DNA of 34,762 bases from a virus (lineage: Duplodnaviria > Caudoviricetes), in IMG/VR virus record IMGVR_UViG_3300037756_000021, positions 1-34,762 of that record; one strand, written 5' to 3'. The translations under genes were made by a program, and so were the position numbers. The notes beneath the pieces were generated by a model that saw only the letters and a program-made list of their open reading frames with translations, was not told where the DNA came from and ran no database searches. Shown here one piece after another: positions 14,370-24,206 of the stretch; position 1 is the stretch's first letter, and every line of letters starts with the position of its first letter.

Positions 14370-16265
14370 CTATCCTGGTACCCAAACGTAGAGCCAGTCG
14401 TCGCCCGCGCCATTCTCAAGGGGCTCCGGCGGTCCTGATCCGACCATCAGCAGTTCGTAGTGGCCGATGTCCTCGATCGCCGACGCCGAGATCGTCGGAT
14501 TGGGATACGTCCCCGAGAGGTCCCCGCCAGCCGCGCCCGTGGGGGTACCGGGGATCGTGATCGTCTTCTCAGCCCCGGTCCCCGATGCTGTGACGCCGGC
14601 CCCTACGAAGTCGAGCGTGTCTGCGGCCGTGGCGAGGGGCGTGCCTTCGTCTTCGACGGTCAGCGACGAGCCGGTCCCGACCATGTTCCCGACCCAATCG
14701 TTCGTCGTGCCGGGGATGCGCTCGGTGACGACGCGGAAGGTGTTGCCCGTGGCGGGGAAGTCAGGAGTGACCCCGCCGTCCCACTGGAACGTCCCGCCCG
14801 TGGGCGTGAAGGTCGGCGTGAACGAGCCGCCGGATTCGGTCAGCCACCATTCGAGGGTCGAGCCGCCCGAACCGGTTGGGGCTGAGATGGTGATCGTGCA
14901 GTCCTGGTCGAGCGTTCCCGTGATGATGTTGCCGTCGGTCGGATCGACAGTCTCCGTGGCTCCCAGCGTGCCGCGGGCGTTGATCGTCTCCTGTCCGCCC
15001 TCGATCTTGGTGACGACCTCGGTATCAAGGGCGTACTGGCTGTGGTCATCGTCCGCCAGCCCCGACAGCGCGCCGTGATCGGTAATGCCGAGAACCGGCT
15101 CGGCCTCCATCAGCTCCCAGGTGCAGACGTACAGGTTCTCGCCCGGCCCCACGAGCTGCCAGTAGCGGAACGAGCCGGTCGAGGTCCATTCGTAGTCCAC
15201 GTCCTGCGCCGTGAACGAGCCCGTGGCGCTGAACGTCTCGGAGGCCACCGTCGCGGCATCGGAGAAGTCGGCCAGCGTTGCCGCCTGGATCTCATATGTC
15301 ACTGAGCCCGCGTTCTCGATTGAGAGTCGCAATCGCGACCGGGCGATGGCCTTGGCAACCGGCAGGACGACACGGGCCACGTCGGTTTCGGTATCGGGGA
15401 CGAACTCGCACGTCGTGTCGTCGGCGTCGTTGACCGCTGGCCCCGATACCCAGGTCGTCGCGGTGCCGACCGCGAACGCGATGGCCTGCCCGCCCCAGTC
15501 CCGGCCGGCCTCGCTGATCATGCCACCGACATCGAACGCGCCGCCCGGCGTATCGATGACGCGGTAGCCGACCCACGACAGCGGCCAGTTGCCCGTGACA
15601 CCAGCCTCCATGTCGAACAGCTCGGTCGAGTTGGCGTCGGGGGTCATCGACTGGGAACCGCTGTCCGAGGTGCGGACGATCGCGCCGCCGAGCATGAACA
15701 CCGGAACCGTGGGCGTGAGACTGACCGCGAACGCGTCGCCGTTCTGGTCGTTGAGCTCGGACGCAACGTCGAGCGCGCCCAGCCCCGACACCTCGACGAT
15801 GAACGCGATCGAGCCCTCGCCGGCGTCGAGCGGACATTCGATCGTGGCCGATTCGCTGGCACCGGCCACCTTGTAGAAGAAACCACCGTGGCCTGCCGAC
15901 GCGATACCTGCATCGACAACACCATCCGGGTGCGCCGTCCAGCCGGTGGGAGTCGTCGGGATCTCCGTATCGCGGACGGCGTGCCACAGGATCAGCGTGT
16001 TGCCTTCGACCGGAGCATCGTCAAGGACCACGATCGCGCTCGCGCCGCTTGACCGCGCCCAGGCCGACTGGACGACAAGGGCCTCCTCGACAGGGGGGGT
16101 CGGGACGGTGGCCTCGCCCTCTTCGGCTAGATCGATCTCGACCGGGTCCACGGGATCGCCACCGATGACCCCGATCCCGCCACCCTCGATCGGTCCGACG
16201 ACCGAGCCACCGAGGTTGATTGTGTCTCGGACAGGCGATGGAATCCCGAGCAGCGCCGTTTTCAC
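14370..16265 (-). CDS. Mosaic minor tail / fibre protein
   Basis: Acidic beta-rich modules; DHGALSGLADDDHSQY and EDEG..LDFVGAGVT fibre motifs; GTG 16265 overlaps the upstream stop. Confidence 0.75.
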   Translation of the reverse strand: MKTALLGIPSPVRDTINLGGSVVGPIEGGGIGVIGGDPVDPVEIDLAEEGEATVPTPPVEEALVVQSAWARSSGASAIVVLDDAPVEGNTLILWHAVRDTEIPTTPTGWTAHPDGVVDAGIASAGHGGFFYKVAGASESATIECPLDAGEGSIAFIVEVSGLGALDVASELNDQNGDAFAVSLTPTVPVFMLGGAIVRTSDSGSQSMTPDANSTELFDMEAGVTGNWPLSWVGYRVIDTPGGAFDVGGMISEAGRDWGGQAIAFAVGTATTWVSGPAVNDADDTTCEFVPDTETDVARVVLPVAKAIARSRLRLSIENAGSVTYEIQAATLADFSDAATVASETFSATGSFTAQDVDYEWTSTGSFRYWQLVGPGENLYVCTWELMEAEPVLGITDHGALSGLADDDHSQYALDTEVVTKIEGGQETINARGTLGATETVDPTDGNIITGTLDQDCTITISAPTGSGGSTLEWWLTESGGSFTPTFTPTGGTFQWDGGVTPDFPATGNTFRVVTERIPGTTNDWVGNMVGTGSSLTVEDEGTPLATAADTLDFVGAGVTASGTGAEKTITIPGTPTGAAGGDLSGTYPNPTISASAIEDIGHYELLMVGSGPPEPLENGAGDDWLYVWVPG

Positions 16266-18106
16266 GAGGCCACCCAATCCATCCCGGCGAAACCCCAGCC
16301 ATGGCCACACGCGGGTCCGTTGTCCCTGACCGCGACCCAGTGTGTGCAGAACTCTTGGCCGTGACTTGAGATGGGAATGACGACGTCCGTATCGGCCGCG
16401 AACGCCGTGGTGGAATCGAGGATCTCGGCAACGCCGTCGGCGTGGTAGAGCTTGGCGAGGAAGTTCTGGGCACCCTCAGTGTCCACCATATGGATCGTCA
16501 TGGTCCCGTCGCCCACCACGATCAATCGCAATTCGTTCTGGGCACAGTTACCAGCCTCGTCGACGGTCCCGATGCCGCCCGCCTGATAGGTCGCGAAGTG
16601 CCAGCTCCCCACGTGGCCTGGTGAGACGATCCGCGGGTAGGTGATGCCAGGGCGCAGATAGAGCACGTTGCCGTCGGTCGATGCGTTCGGCGTCTTGGTG
16701 GCCGTGTTACCACCGAGCGGGTAGAAACTCCCGGTCGGCGTCGGGGAGGGGCAACTGGGCGGGATGGGCCGCATCCACAACCTGTTGCCGAAGGTCGTCG
16801 GGCCGATCTGGCGGAGTTGCCGACGCATGATCCGCATGTCGGTGCCGCTCGAGTAGCCGGGCATCGAGCTCGCCGCGGTGTAGTTCGGCAAGTGGGTCGC
16901 CTTGAGCGGGATCCGCATCCCGTGCATGACGTCGTTGACCTGCGCCGCCTGGACGACGATCTCCGTCTCGACCTCGTCCTCGGGCTCGTCAAGCTCAGCG
17001 AGCAGGCGCTTGGCCCTGGTCTCGGCCTTGACCGCCGTCTTGACGTTCACGGCCGGCGCCGCCACGTCGCGGTAGACGTAGGTATCTCCAACCGTCGTGT
17101 CCTGGACGTACTTGTAACCGCCGTCGTAGGTCAGGTCCATGCCCGACACGGGGGAGCGCCCGCCGGCCCGAGAGAGGCGCGTGTCGTCGGAGATCGCGAA
17201 CACCGTCGAGCTGTCGATCTCCGTGGCATCGTTGGACAGTGACAGTGCCGAGACATACAGTTCGGAGTTCGATGGGAAGTAGCACAGGACGTAACGTCCG
17301 ACCGTCGTCGAGGTCCCGCCCGTCCCGCCCACCGTCACGTCGATCGGGATCGAATAGGTCGTCGACGTCAGGACGGTCACGACGTGCGTCCCGTTGATGT
17401 CGGGGGTTGAGCCTGTGTGCCCTGCGATGACGATGCTCATCCCCGAGGTCAGGCCATGCGCCGAGGTCGTCGTGATGACCGAAGGATCGGCGACAGAGGA
17501 CGACACGATGGCCCCGCCGACCGCCGCCGCCTCCGAGTACTTGATCCAGTAGTTCTTGCCCGACTGCTGCGACACGTCGGACATGACCTGTTCGGGCTTC
17601 TGGTGGAGGTAGTCGACCGCGTCCATGTCCACGGCCCCGGTCGTGTCGATGAACGCCTCATCCCGATCGACGGTGTTCATCTCCGTCGTGGTCAGCATCC
17701 AGCGGATGCGGGCGATATCCGTCTCAGCCGGTCGGTCGTTGTCCGTACCGACGAAGATGCGCCGCGAGAGCAGCGAGTTCTCGTCGGCCATCGTGACGAT
17801 CCACGTCCTCGATGTCGCGGACCAGGGGTCCATCCGAACTACGTCGAGGTCCACGATGAACCAGTTACCGACTACCTGATTACCGGCCGCCTCGGCATCC
17901 TGGACGCAGTAGATCCGGCGGTGCATGAGCATGACCAGATCACCGGCAGGGTCGTCCACGTTCAGCACGCCCTGCCAGCCGGATCCTTCCTCAGCGTGAG
18001 CGCCGACACCGATCGCCACGTTTTCGGGATCGCGAGGCAGCCGAACGCGGCCCGTGATCTCCAGCACCGTCGAGGCGTCCACGGAGTAGTACCAGCGGAG
18101 CGTCAT
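16262..18106 (-). CDS. Tail hub/Tal-like minor tail protein with inserted 'AHGL' (E1-FCCH-like) domain
   Basis: Directly after the tape measure gene; insert SVITTTSAHGLTSGMSIVIAG...INGTHVVT. Confidence 0.7.
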   Translation of the reverse strand: MTLRWYYSVDASTVLEITGRVRLPRDPENVAIGVGAHAEEGSGWQGVLNVDDPAGDLVMLMHRRIYCVQDAEAAGNQVVGNWFIVDLDVVRMDPWSATSRTWIVTMADENSLLSRRIFVGTDNDRPAETDIARIRWMLTTTEMNTVDRDEAFIDTTGAVDMDAVDYLHQKPEQVMSDVSQQSGKNYWIKYSEAAAVGGAIVSSSVADPSVITTTSAHGLTSGMSIVIAGHTGSTPDINGTHVVTVLTSTTYSIPIDVTVGGTGGTSTTVGRYVLCYFPSNSELYVSALSLSNDATEIDSSTVFAISDDTRLSRAGGRSPVSGMDLTYDGGYKYVQDTTVGDTYVYRDVAAPAVNVKTAVKAETRAKRLLAELDEPEDEVETEIVVQAAQVNDVMHGMRIPLKATHLPNYTAASSMPGYSSGTDMRIMRRQLRQIGPTTFGNRLWMRPIPPSCPSPTPTGSFYPLGGNTATKTPNASTDGNVLYLRPGITYPRIVSPGHVGSWHFATYQAGGIGTVDEAGNCAQNELRLIVVGDGTMTIHMVDTEGAQNFLAKLYHADGVAEILDSTTAFAADTDVVIPISSHGQEFCTHWVAVRDNGPACGHGWGFAGMDWVAS

Positions 18107-19992
18107 CCGAACTCCTCGACGAAAGACCCGCGCGACCCGGCCGGCTTGACGATCCGCCGCCGCTGGACGCTGGTCTTGATGTTGTCCGCCGCGGAGATCG
18201 TGACCCGTGTGGCGGGGATGCTGAGCCCCTTGATGGCCGCCACGATCCGGTTGGTGTCGTTCTCACGTTGCGTATGTGCGGAGAGCGCACTGGACATGGC
18301 GGCCGCCTTCGCCGCGTCGATTCCGGCGTTCGTCAGCTCGGCCGCGGCCGCGGCCTTGGCTTGGTCACGTGCGATGTTCCGTTGCAGCGTGGCCATCGCG
18401 GCGCCGTACAGATCCTTGGGCTGGCGCCCTGCCTTCTCTGCTCGGGCGATGATGGCCGCAAGCCGGGGGTCGTCCTCAAAAACGGGTTTCGGAGGCCCGA
18501 ACATTTCCGTGCCGGCCACGCCCTTTCCCGGCTTAGGCGGACCGAGCATCTCGCTGCCCGTTACGGCGTTGCGGAGCTTCGCTTGGCCTGACTCGTAGTC
18601 AGCCTTCGTTGGGGCCTTACCGAGATGCAGGACCACTTGACGCTGGTAGGCTGCGTCGGACTCGTAGTACTTGATTGCCGCGATCTCGGCCGCGGTCAGG
18701 TTAGCGGCCTGTCCCTTGAGTTGCTGACTCCGGTTGAACTGCGGGGACGCAAGGATGGCGGCGGCGCTGATGGCCGCAGACGCCGCGAGGATGCCGGCGC
18801 CTGCCAAAGCCGCGCCGCCGACGCCTGCGCCTGCCGCTCCAGCGACTGCGGGCAGGCCGCCCCCGGCCCCATTGACCACGCCCGCGTTGATGTTGACCAC
18901 GCCCGCGTTCATGCCGAGCACGCCCTTGATGAGCCCTTTGCCCAGCTCCCCGACGATCCCGCCCAGTGCCCCGCCCGTCAGCTTGTTCAGGCCCCAGCCC
19001 GAGACGACCGCGATCTTCACCCAATCGGGCATGGACATGAACGCGGATACGATGGTCCCGGCTGCCCCGGCGGCGACGCTTAGCCCATCGCCGATTGCCT
19101 TGAAGTCGATCGTCTCGATGAAGTCCATTGCGTCGGACGCTGCACGCCCGAGCCCCTGCCCGAGTTCCTCGATTGCGGCGATGACGGCTGGATCGGCGAG
19201 CTTCGTCGAAAGCCACTTGCCCATGCGCTCCAGGACCGGCAGGACCCCGCGGGCGATGGACTGGGACAGATCCTCACCCACGTCCTGCAGACGGCGCCAC
19301 GTCGCTTCTGGGCCGGTTCCAGCCGCTTTCGCAGCGTTGCCGAACTCGACCTCCAATTCCTTGAGGATGATCGTCTGTGCGCCGAAGATATCGCCTGACT
19401 TCTGGAGAGCCTTGATCTGCTTTTCCTGCTCCTTCGTAAATGCCACGCCGACCTTGCGGAGCGCGGTCATTCCCTTCGTCGGATCGTTGAGTGCCTTGCC
19501 GAGCTGGATCGCCGACGCCTTGAGGTCGACCTGTTCGACATTGCCGCCGGCCATCGCAACGGCCATGTTCAGCGCGGCCTTCGTCGCGTCCGGGAACACC
19601 TTGGCGCCGATGTTGGTGAACGTCAGGAGCATGTTTGCCCCGTCCTGGATCACCTTGTCGTCGACGGTCGAGAGTTTCTCCAGTTCCTCGGACAGACCGC
19701 GGATCGACTTTGTCGTCTGGCCGGCTGCCCCCCCGGTCGAGGCGATGACCGCCGCCGTCTGCGCTTCGGTTCTCGCAAGGTCGGCGAGCGAGCGCACCCC
19801 CATTGCAACCGCGCCGGCAATACCCACCCCGACCGCCAGCCCGATCCGGGTCAGGTTCTGGGTCAGGTTCGTGAGGGCCTTCCCGCCCAGCCGACTGAGC
19901 CGACCGATCGACGAGTCGACCTTGCCGATATCCTTCGCAGCCTGGAGCGCACCCTTGGCTCGGACGAGGATGCCGAGCTCACGTTCAGCCAT
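18103..19992 (-). CDS. Tape measure protein (629 aa)
   Basis: Ala/Gly-rich helical protein with LGKALNDPTKGMTALRKVGV motif; follows the chaperones. Confidence 0.92.
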   Translation of the reverse strand: MAERELGILVRAKGALQAAKDIGKVDSSIGRLSRLGGKALTNLTQNLTRIGLAVGVGIAGAVAMGVRSLADLARTEAQTAAVIASTGGAAGQTTKSIRGLSEELEKLSTVDDKVIQDGANMLLTFTNIGAKVFPDATKAALNMAVAMAGGNVEQVDLKASAIQLGKALNDPTKGMTALRKVGVAFTKEQEKQIKALQKSGDIFGAQTIILKELEVEFGNAAKAAGTGPEATWRRLQDVGEDLSQSIARGVLPVLERMGKWLSTKLADPAVIAAIEELGQGLGRAASDAMDFIETIDFKAIGDGLSVAAGAAGTIVSAFMSMPDWVKIAVVSGWGLNKLTGGALGGIVGELGKGLIKGVLGMNAGVVNINAGVVNGAGGGLPAVAGAAGAGVGGAALAGAGILAASAAISAAAILASPQFNRSQQLKGQAANLTAAEIAAIKYYESDAAYQRQVVLHLGKAPTKADYESGQAKLRNAVTGSEMLGPPKPGKGVAGTEMFGPPKPVFEDDPRLAAIIARAEKAGRQPKDLYGAAMATLQRNIARDQAKAAAAAELTNAGIDAAKAAAMSSALSAHTQRENDTNRIVAAIKGLSIPATRVTISAADNIKTSVQRRRIVKPAGSRGSFVEEFG

Positions 19993-20325
19993 CGTCGTCC
20001 TCCGGGTAGAGGGCGGCACGCATCACCGGGGCGAGCTGGCCCGCGGCGATCTTCTGCTTCGCCACAACGGCCTTACCCGCCGGATCGCGCGGCAACGGAA
20101 CGGCGAGCACAGCCTCGATCTCGTTCAAGGCCGGTGCCAGCCGTTCGGCGAACACACCGAAACGAACCAGCGACATGAAGCCCGGAGCGACGAGTCGGAA
20201 GTCCTCCGCACCCCAGCCGCGGAGGGCCAGGAGGGCGTCATAGACTACCGAGCCGTCTTCGCTGTCAGGGTCCGGGAACCGTTCACCCGCGATCGTTTCG
20301 GCGAGCGAACGGCGGATGCGTTTGG
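19985..20325 (-). CDS. Tail assembly chaperone, -1 frameshift extension (gpGT-like)
   Basis: The -1 frame is open from the slippery site to the stop at 19985 (...KRIRRSLAET...MSLVRFGVF...EDDDG). Confidence 0.8.
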
Positions 20326-20682
20326 GGGCGACTCCGCGCGGAACCGTGCCACCGCATCATCGACGGCCTTTGCCATCGCATCCCGTGTGTCCTCGTCGAG
20401 TAGCCGGACGGTGGCGACCCGGCACGGCACCGGATCGTTCTGCTCGTCGACGAGGTTCCAACGGATGCTGGCGATCTCGATCAGCTTGTCCCGCGCCGCT
20501 TCCCAGTCGAAGTACGAGCCATTGGTCGACGCCCAGCCGTAGGCGCCGGCCCGCTTCTCCTCGCCCTCACCGAGTTCGGTGCGGTAGACCCATCGATCAG
20601 CGTCATGGGGCTTCCCTGGACACTGGCAGCCGCCGGGAAGTTCCAGGACATCGCTCGCCGATGGGTTGGCAAACCGGCTCAT
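20245..20682 (-). CDS. Tail assembly chaperone (gpG-like)
   Basis: Between tail tube and tape measure; IRWNLVDEQ..PVP motif; ATGA overlap. Confidence 0.85.
   Translation of the reverse strand: MSRFANPSASDVLELPGGCQCPGKPHDADRWVYRTELGEGEEKRAGAYGWASTNGSYFDWEAARDKLIEIASIRWNLVDEQNDPVPCRVATVRLLDEDTRDAMAKAVDDAVARFRAESPPNASAVRSPKRSRVNGSRTLTAKTAR
20320..20326 (-). other. Programmed -1 frameshift heptamer C CCA AAC
   Basis: X XXY YYZ pattern in the correct frame near the end of the chaperone gene. Confidence 0.8.
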
Positions 20683-21704
20683 GGGATCGTGGCAATATCG
20701 TTCGTCGTGATCCACATGGCCCGTGAGGCCAGCGTGGAGTCATAGACGAAGACACCGTTGACCGCGTACAGCCGCTCGCCGTTGTCGATCCCGACATCGG
20801 TCGCGGTGAACCGGCAACGGAAGTCGAGCGTGGCGAGGTTGTTGCCCGATCCGTCGATCGTGATCCGCCAGCGCCGGTCGGTCATCACGTCGCCGGCCAC
20901 GTTGTAGATGTCCACGGTGTCGGTCTTGGCCGTGGCCCCGAAGGCGACCAGGGCATCGAACCCGACCTCGCCCTTGGCGGTTTGGCCGACATACGTGGCG
21001 AGGTCCGTTGCTCCACCGTAGGGCCGGCCCGTGAGGTTGAGCGACGAGTTGAACCGGAACTGCCGAAGGGAGCCGGTGAGAGCGGACAGCGAGGCGAACG
21101 CTGTCCCGATCGCGCCCTCGTTGAGTGTGGTCTTGTGGCCCTCCATCGTTTCGAGGGTGGCAGGTGCGGTCTGGGATGCCGTCATCGTGCCGTTACCGCG
21201 ATCCAGCGCGACTAGCCCGGCGCTGCCGTTCCACATCGAGTTGCCCGGAGCGGACAGGGCATCGAACCCGAAGTCCAGCGTGTCGATCAGGACGCCCGTT
21301 GCGACCCACTCATCCTGGGTGGAGCCGATCACGCCGTAGTGCATCGTGTACGGCTTGAGCGCGGTACTCGGAGCGGAGCCCGAGTCGTCGAAGATCGTCG
21401 TGTGGGTGTACGGCGCCGAGCCCGCCGTAGTGGCCGTGTCGAAGTGCATCTGCTGGATGTGCATGATGTCCTGGAAGCGGCCGACGAACGGCAGGCTCGC
21501 GGTCGCCCAGCGCACACCCGTCGAGCCGCGACCGCCGAACTCCCGCGACGAAGACCCGAAGTCCTCATTGGGTGATTCGGCGGCGCGATCGAGCTCGAAT
21601 CCCGTAAATCCCTCGTCGACCGGGAAGACCGTCGTCGTGGCGACCGCCGTGGCGATGGCCGTCTGCTGCCCCAGTTGGACCTTGTTGAACACACTTTCAG
21701 TCAT
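20679..21704 (-). CDS. Major tail (tube) protein
   Basis: Position, size and Thr/Gly-rich beta composition (APYTHT motif); GGAGGT RBS. Confidence 0.85.
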   Translation of the reverse strand: MTESVFNKVQLGQQTAIATAVATTTVFPVDEGFTGFELDRAAESPNEDFGSSSREFGGRGSTGVRWATASLPFVGRFQDIMHIQQMHFDTATTAGSAPYTHTTIFDDSGSAPSTALKPYTMHYGVIGSTQDEWVATGVLIDTLDFGFDALSAPGNSMWNGSAGLVALDRGNGTMTASQTAPATLETMEGHKTTLNEGAIGTAFASLSALTGSLRQFRFNSSLNLTGRPYGGATDLATYVGQTAKGEVGFDALVAFGATAKTDTVDIYNVAGDVMTDRRWRITIDGSGNNLATLDFRCRFTATDVGIDNGERLYAVNGVFVYDSTLASRAMWITTNDIATIP

Positions 21705-21706
21705 GA

Positions 21707-22210
21707 CTACGCGACCTCCAATCGCCGCCGCGCAGATTGAGCGAGGTAATCAGTGGCGGCGGCCATCAGCACCTCGTCTTCGATAAACCCGAGCACGCCG
21801 TTGCAGCGATTGCAGAGCAGTCCACGGACGACGCCCGTCCGGTGATCGTGGTCGACCACGAGCTTCGCCTCGGTTCGTTGGCAGATCGCACAGGCTCCAC
21901 CTTGGGCATCGTGTAGCGCCTGCCATTCCTCGACGGTCAGCCCATAGGTCGCTAACCGACGACGGAGGAGCCCCAGTCGAGCCTTGTCCGGGTTGGCTTC
22001 GCGCCATGCCTTCGTAGCAGCCCGGCCTCTCTCAACGTCCTCGTGATACTTGGCGCGAGCGATATCCCGCCGCGGAACCCTGTACTCGGCGTAGTAGCGC
22101 CGGGTCCGACGATTCCGCCATTCGCGCTGACACGCAGGACTGCACCGCTTCGTATGACGGCGCTGCTGATCGTCCGTGAGGGGACCGCTGCAGATATCGC
22201 AGTCGGTCAT
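21707..22210 (-). CDS. Endonuclease VII-family (homing-type) nuclease
   Basis: YGLT...QGGACAIC...LVVDHDHRTGVVRGLLCNRCN..LG. Confidence 0.92.
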   Translation of the reverse strand: MTDCDICSGPLTDDQQRRHTKRCSPACQREWRNRRTRRYYAEYRVPRRDIARAKYHEDVERGRAATKAWREANPDKARLGLLRRRLATYGLTVEEWQALHDAQGGACAICQRTEAKLVVDHDHRTGVVRGLLCNRCNGVLGFIEDEVLMAAATDYLAQSARRRLEVA

Positions 22211-22380
22211 TCCTTGCCTCTCACTTTCTCGGCGTAGACGCCTGACGCGATCAGGTCACGCCGTAGGTCGGCGGCCTTGAGATTGCGGCGCTGGGCGAGG
22301 GCCGCGAGCTCGTCGTCTGTGAGGTTCTTGGCAGGGATGCCGACGACGGCCCGTCCCTCGCCGGTGTAGATCAGGCTCAT
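22207..22380 (-). CDS. 57-aa hypothetical protein (MSLIYTGEGRAVVGIPAKNLT...)
   Basis: Below the ORF-track cutoff; ATGA overlaps at both ends. Confidence 0.7.
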   Translation of the reverse strand: MSLIYTGEGRAVVGIPAKNLTDDELAALAQRRNLKAADLRRDLIASGVYAEKVRGKE

Positions 22381-22820
22381 GCGGTCTCCGTCCTATCTAG
22401 CGATTGGTCGATGGCTTGGTAGGCCTGGGTTTCAAGGCGATCGGCAACGCGGGATACGATCGGATTGGGTGGAACGCCCCGGACTCTGCGGGTCACGACG
22501 AACCCAGACCTTCCCTCGAAGACGAGGGCGGATGCACTGCGCGGCCCGTGGTCTTTCGTGCCACCGATAACGAAGTGCCGGAACCACGCGACCTTGGGCC
22601 GGAAGGTGACGATGGTCGCGGGGCGATCCTTGCGCGCCTTGCGAACGGACACCGATCGCGCCATGCGCTTCGAGACCTTCCGCGCCTCGGTCTTGAGCGG
22701 AGCCTTGAATACGGTCGCTCCCGCCTTCGTGGCGTCCTGCATCCGCTTGGGCAGCTTGGGTTCCATGTAGTCGCGGAGCATCCGGTGAACCCCGTCCGCT
22801 CCGGTGATCTGGACGCTCAT
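22377..22820 (-). CDS. HK97 gp10-like neck/tail-completion protein
   Basis: VQITGAD...basic body...FVIGGT...VRGVPPNP pattern. Confidence 0.7.
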   Translation of the reverse strand: MSVQITGADGVHRMLRDYMEPKLPKRMQDATKAGATVFKAPLKTEARKVSKRMARSVSVRKARKDRPATIVTFRPKVAWFRHFVIGGTKDHGPRSASALVFEGRSGFVVTRRVRGVPPNPIVSRVADRLETQAYQAIDQSLDRTETA

Positions 22821-23269
22821 GTCAGCGGCCAATCGCGGATGATGACTTCCACATCGAACTCGATCCCGAAGCAGTCGGTCGTCGAGGCGTAGTCGTCGGT
22901 GAAGTAGCGGAAGGCACCACCGAGGGCCGATTTGACCTGATTGCCTGCCGCAACCGCTGCCGTGTTGACGGTGGTCAGTGATGCGACCATCAGGACACCT
23001 AGCCAAGAGAGAACAGCGGCGTCATCGCGCTTCTGGTCACCCGTTTTCTTGGAGAGCCAGAACCGAACGGTGAATCGGAGCGTGAAAACGACCGGCTGAA
23101 TGATCTCCTCGCCTTCGTCGAAAGCTACCGTGACGATCGGGAACGTCGGGATCGCATTGGGTCGGGTATCAGTGGCCCTGCGAATCGCGGAGTAGCCCGT
23201 AGGCGGCGTGAGCGACGCATAGCCCGAGGCCACTGCGGCGGCAACGGCTTTGATATCGGGGGCACTCAT
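22817..23269 (-). CDS. Putative tail terminator
   Basis: PNAIPTFPIVTV...FTVRFW pattern; 150 aa; neck position. Confidence 0.55.
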   Translation of the reverse strand: MSAPDIKAVAAAVASGYASLTPPTGYSAIRRATDTRPNAIPTFPIVTVAFDEGEEIIQPVVFTLRFTVRFWLSKKTGDQKRDDAAVLSWLGVLMVASLTTVNTAAVAAGNQVKSALGGAFRYFTDDYASTTDCFGIEFDVEVIIRDWPLT

Positions 23270-23901
23270 CCGATGACGGCCGGCTGCTTGACGCGGTATG
23301 CCTGGATCGTCTTCCAGTGGAAGGGAGCCACGAACCTCGAAACCAGCGGGGCCCCGGTGTCGTCGGTACCAACGATGTCCGCCTGCCCCGACTGGCGGCT
23401 GTGCCATGCCCGTGTGGCCGTCGTCAGGGCCACGTCGATCATGTCGTCGGGGATGGCTGCCCAGCCCGCCGTACAGGTCATCGAAACCGTTTCGATGCCC
23501 TTGTGGAAGACGGAGTGATCTCCGGCCGGAATGTCCGAGAGGACGACGTACTCGGCCGGCCATCCGGGCTTCCGTTCATGAGCCGAGGGTCGGAGGAAGT
23601 AGTCCGCCGCTGCGAGGGTGTCGAACGTGTCCCCGGTGTAATCGCCGACCTTGAGCTCGGTGATCGCCCGGATGCCCCTCGGGAAGTAGAGCCGCCTCAG
23701 TCCATTGCCGTCGATCAGGTAGGTGGCGGAGGTGATCGGGGCCAGGATGCGACCCGTACCCTGCGGCGACTCTATGAACTGGTTGACCTGATCGCAGATC
23801 GTGCCGAGCAGAGTGTCGTCTGCTGTATCGGTCACGCCCGCATCGAACAGGCGGGCCTTGACGAGGGCCGTCGTCGCGTATGCGCCGGTCGCGGTTGCCA
23901 C
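23266..23901 (-). CDS. Head-tail adaptor/connector (gp6-like, large form)
   Basis: YATTALVKARL...DDTLL...TAGWAAIPDD..VA. Confidence 0.85.
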   Translation of the reverse strand: MATATGAYATTALVKARLFDAGVTDTADDTLLGTICDQVNQFIESPQGTGRILAPITSATYLIDGNGLRRLYFPRGIRAITELKVGDYTGDTFDTLAAADYFLRPSAHERKPGWPAEYVVLSDIPAGDHSVFHKGIETVSMTCTAGWAAIPDDMIDVALTTATRAWHSRQSGQADIVGTDDTGAPLVSRFVAPFHWKTIQAYRVKQPAVIG

Positions 23902-23903
23902 AG

Positions 23904-24206
23904 TTAGATCCTCATGCGATCAGACGGGGCGCTCAAGGCCGCAGAGCGGCCATTGGCGGACATCTCCTGCCAACGCCGGACAGTCCTCGGACTGACGCCG
24001 ACGAACTCTGCGATGGAGTCGAGCGTCGCGTTCGGGCCAAGCTGTCTACGGGCCTCGGACAGACGACGGCGAGCGTCGATCCGTCGAGCCTGGGCCTCCG
24101 TGGGAGGTACCTGGCCACGCTGGGTCCAGGGCAGGACCGGATCGCGCCCGCACGCCGTACAGGTGTCCGGGCCGGTGAGCGAGGCGCACCAGCCGCAGAC
24201 GATCAC
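23904..24206 (-). CDS. Zn-ribbon plus HTH DNA-binding protein
   Basis: CGWC...CTAC, then ATLDSIAEFVGVSPRTVRRW. Confidence 0.75.
   Translation of the reverse strand: MIVCGWCASLTGPDTCTACGRDPVLPWTQRGQVPPTEAQARRIDARRRLSEARRQLGPNATLDSIAEFVGVSPRTVRRWQEMSANGRSAALSAPSDRMRI

Noticed and set aside
12263-18106. Diversity-generating retroelement or invertible tail-fibre cassette
   Set aside because: No reverse transcriptase or invertase, and I saw no template/variable repeat pair or inverted crossover sites.
18734-20542. Long plus-strand ORFs (602 aa here; also 24996-26480, 17417-18598, 2517-3440, 28411-29316)
   Set aside because: Antisense shadows of clear minus-strand genes in high-GC DNA, with no motifs or RBS.
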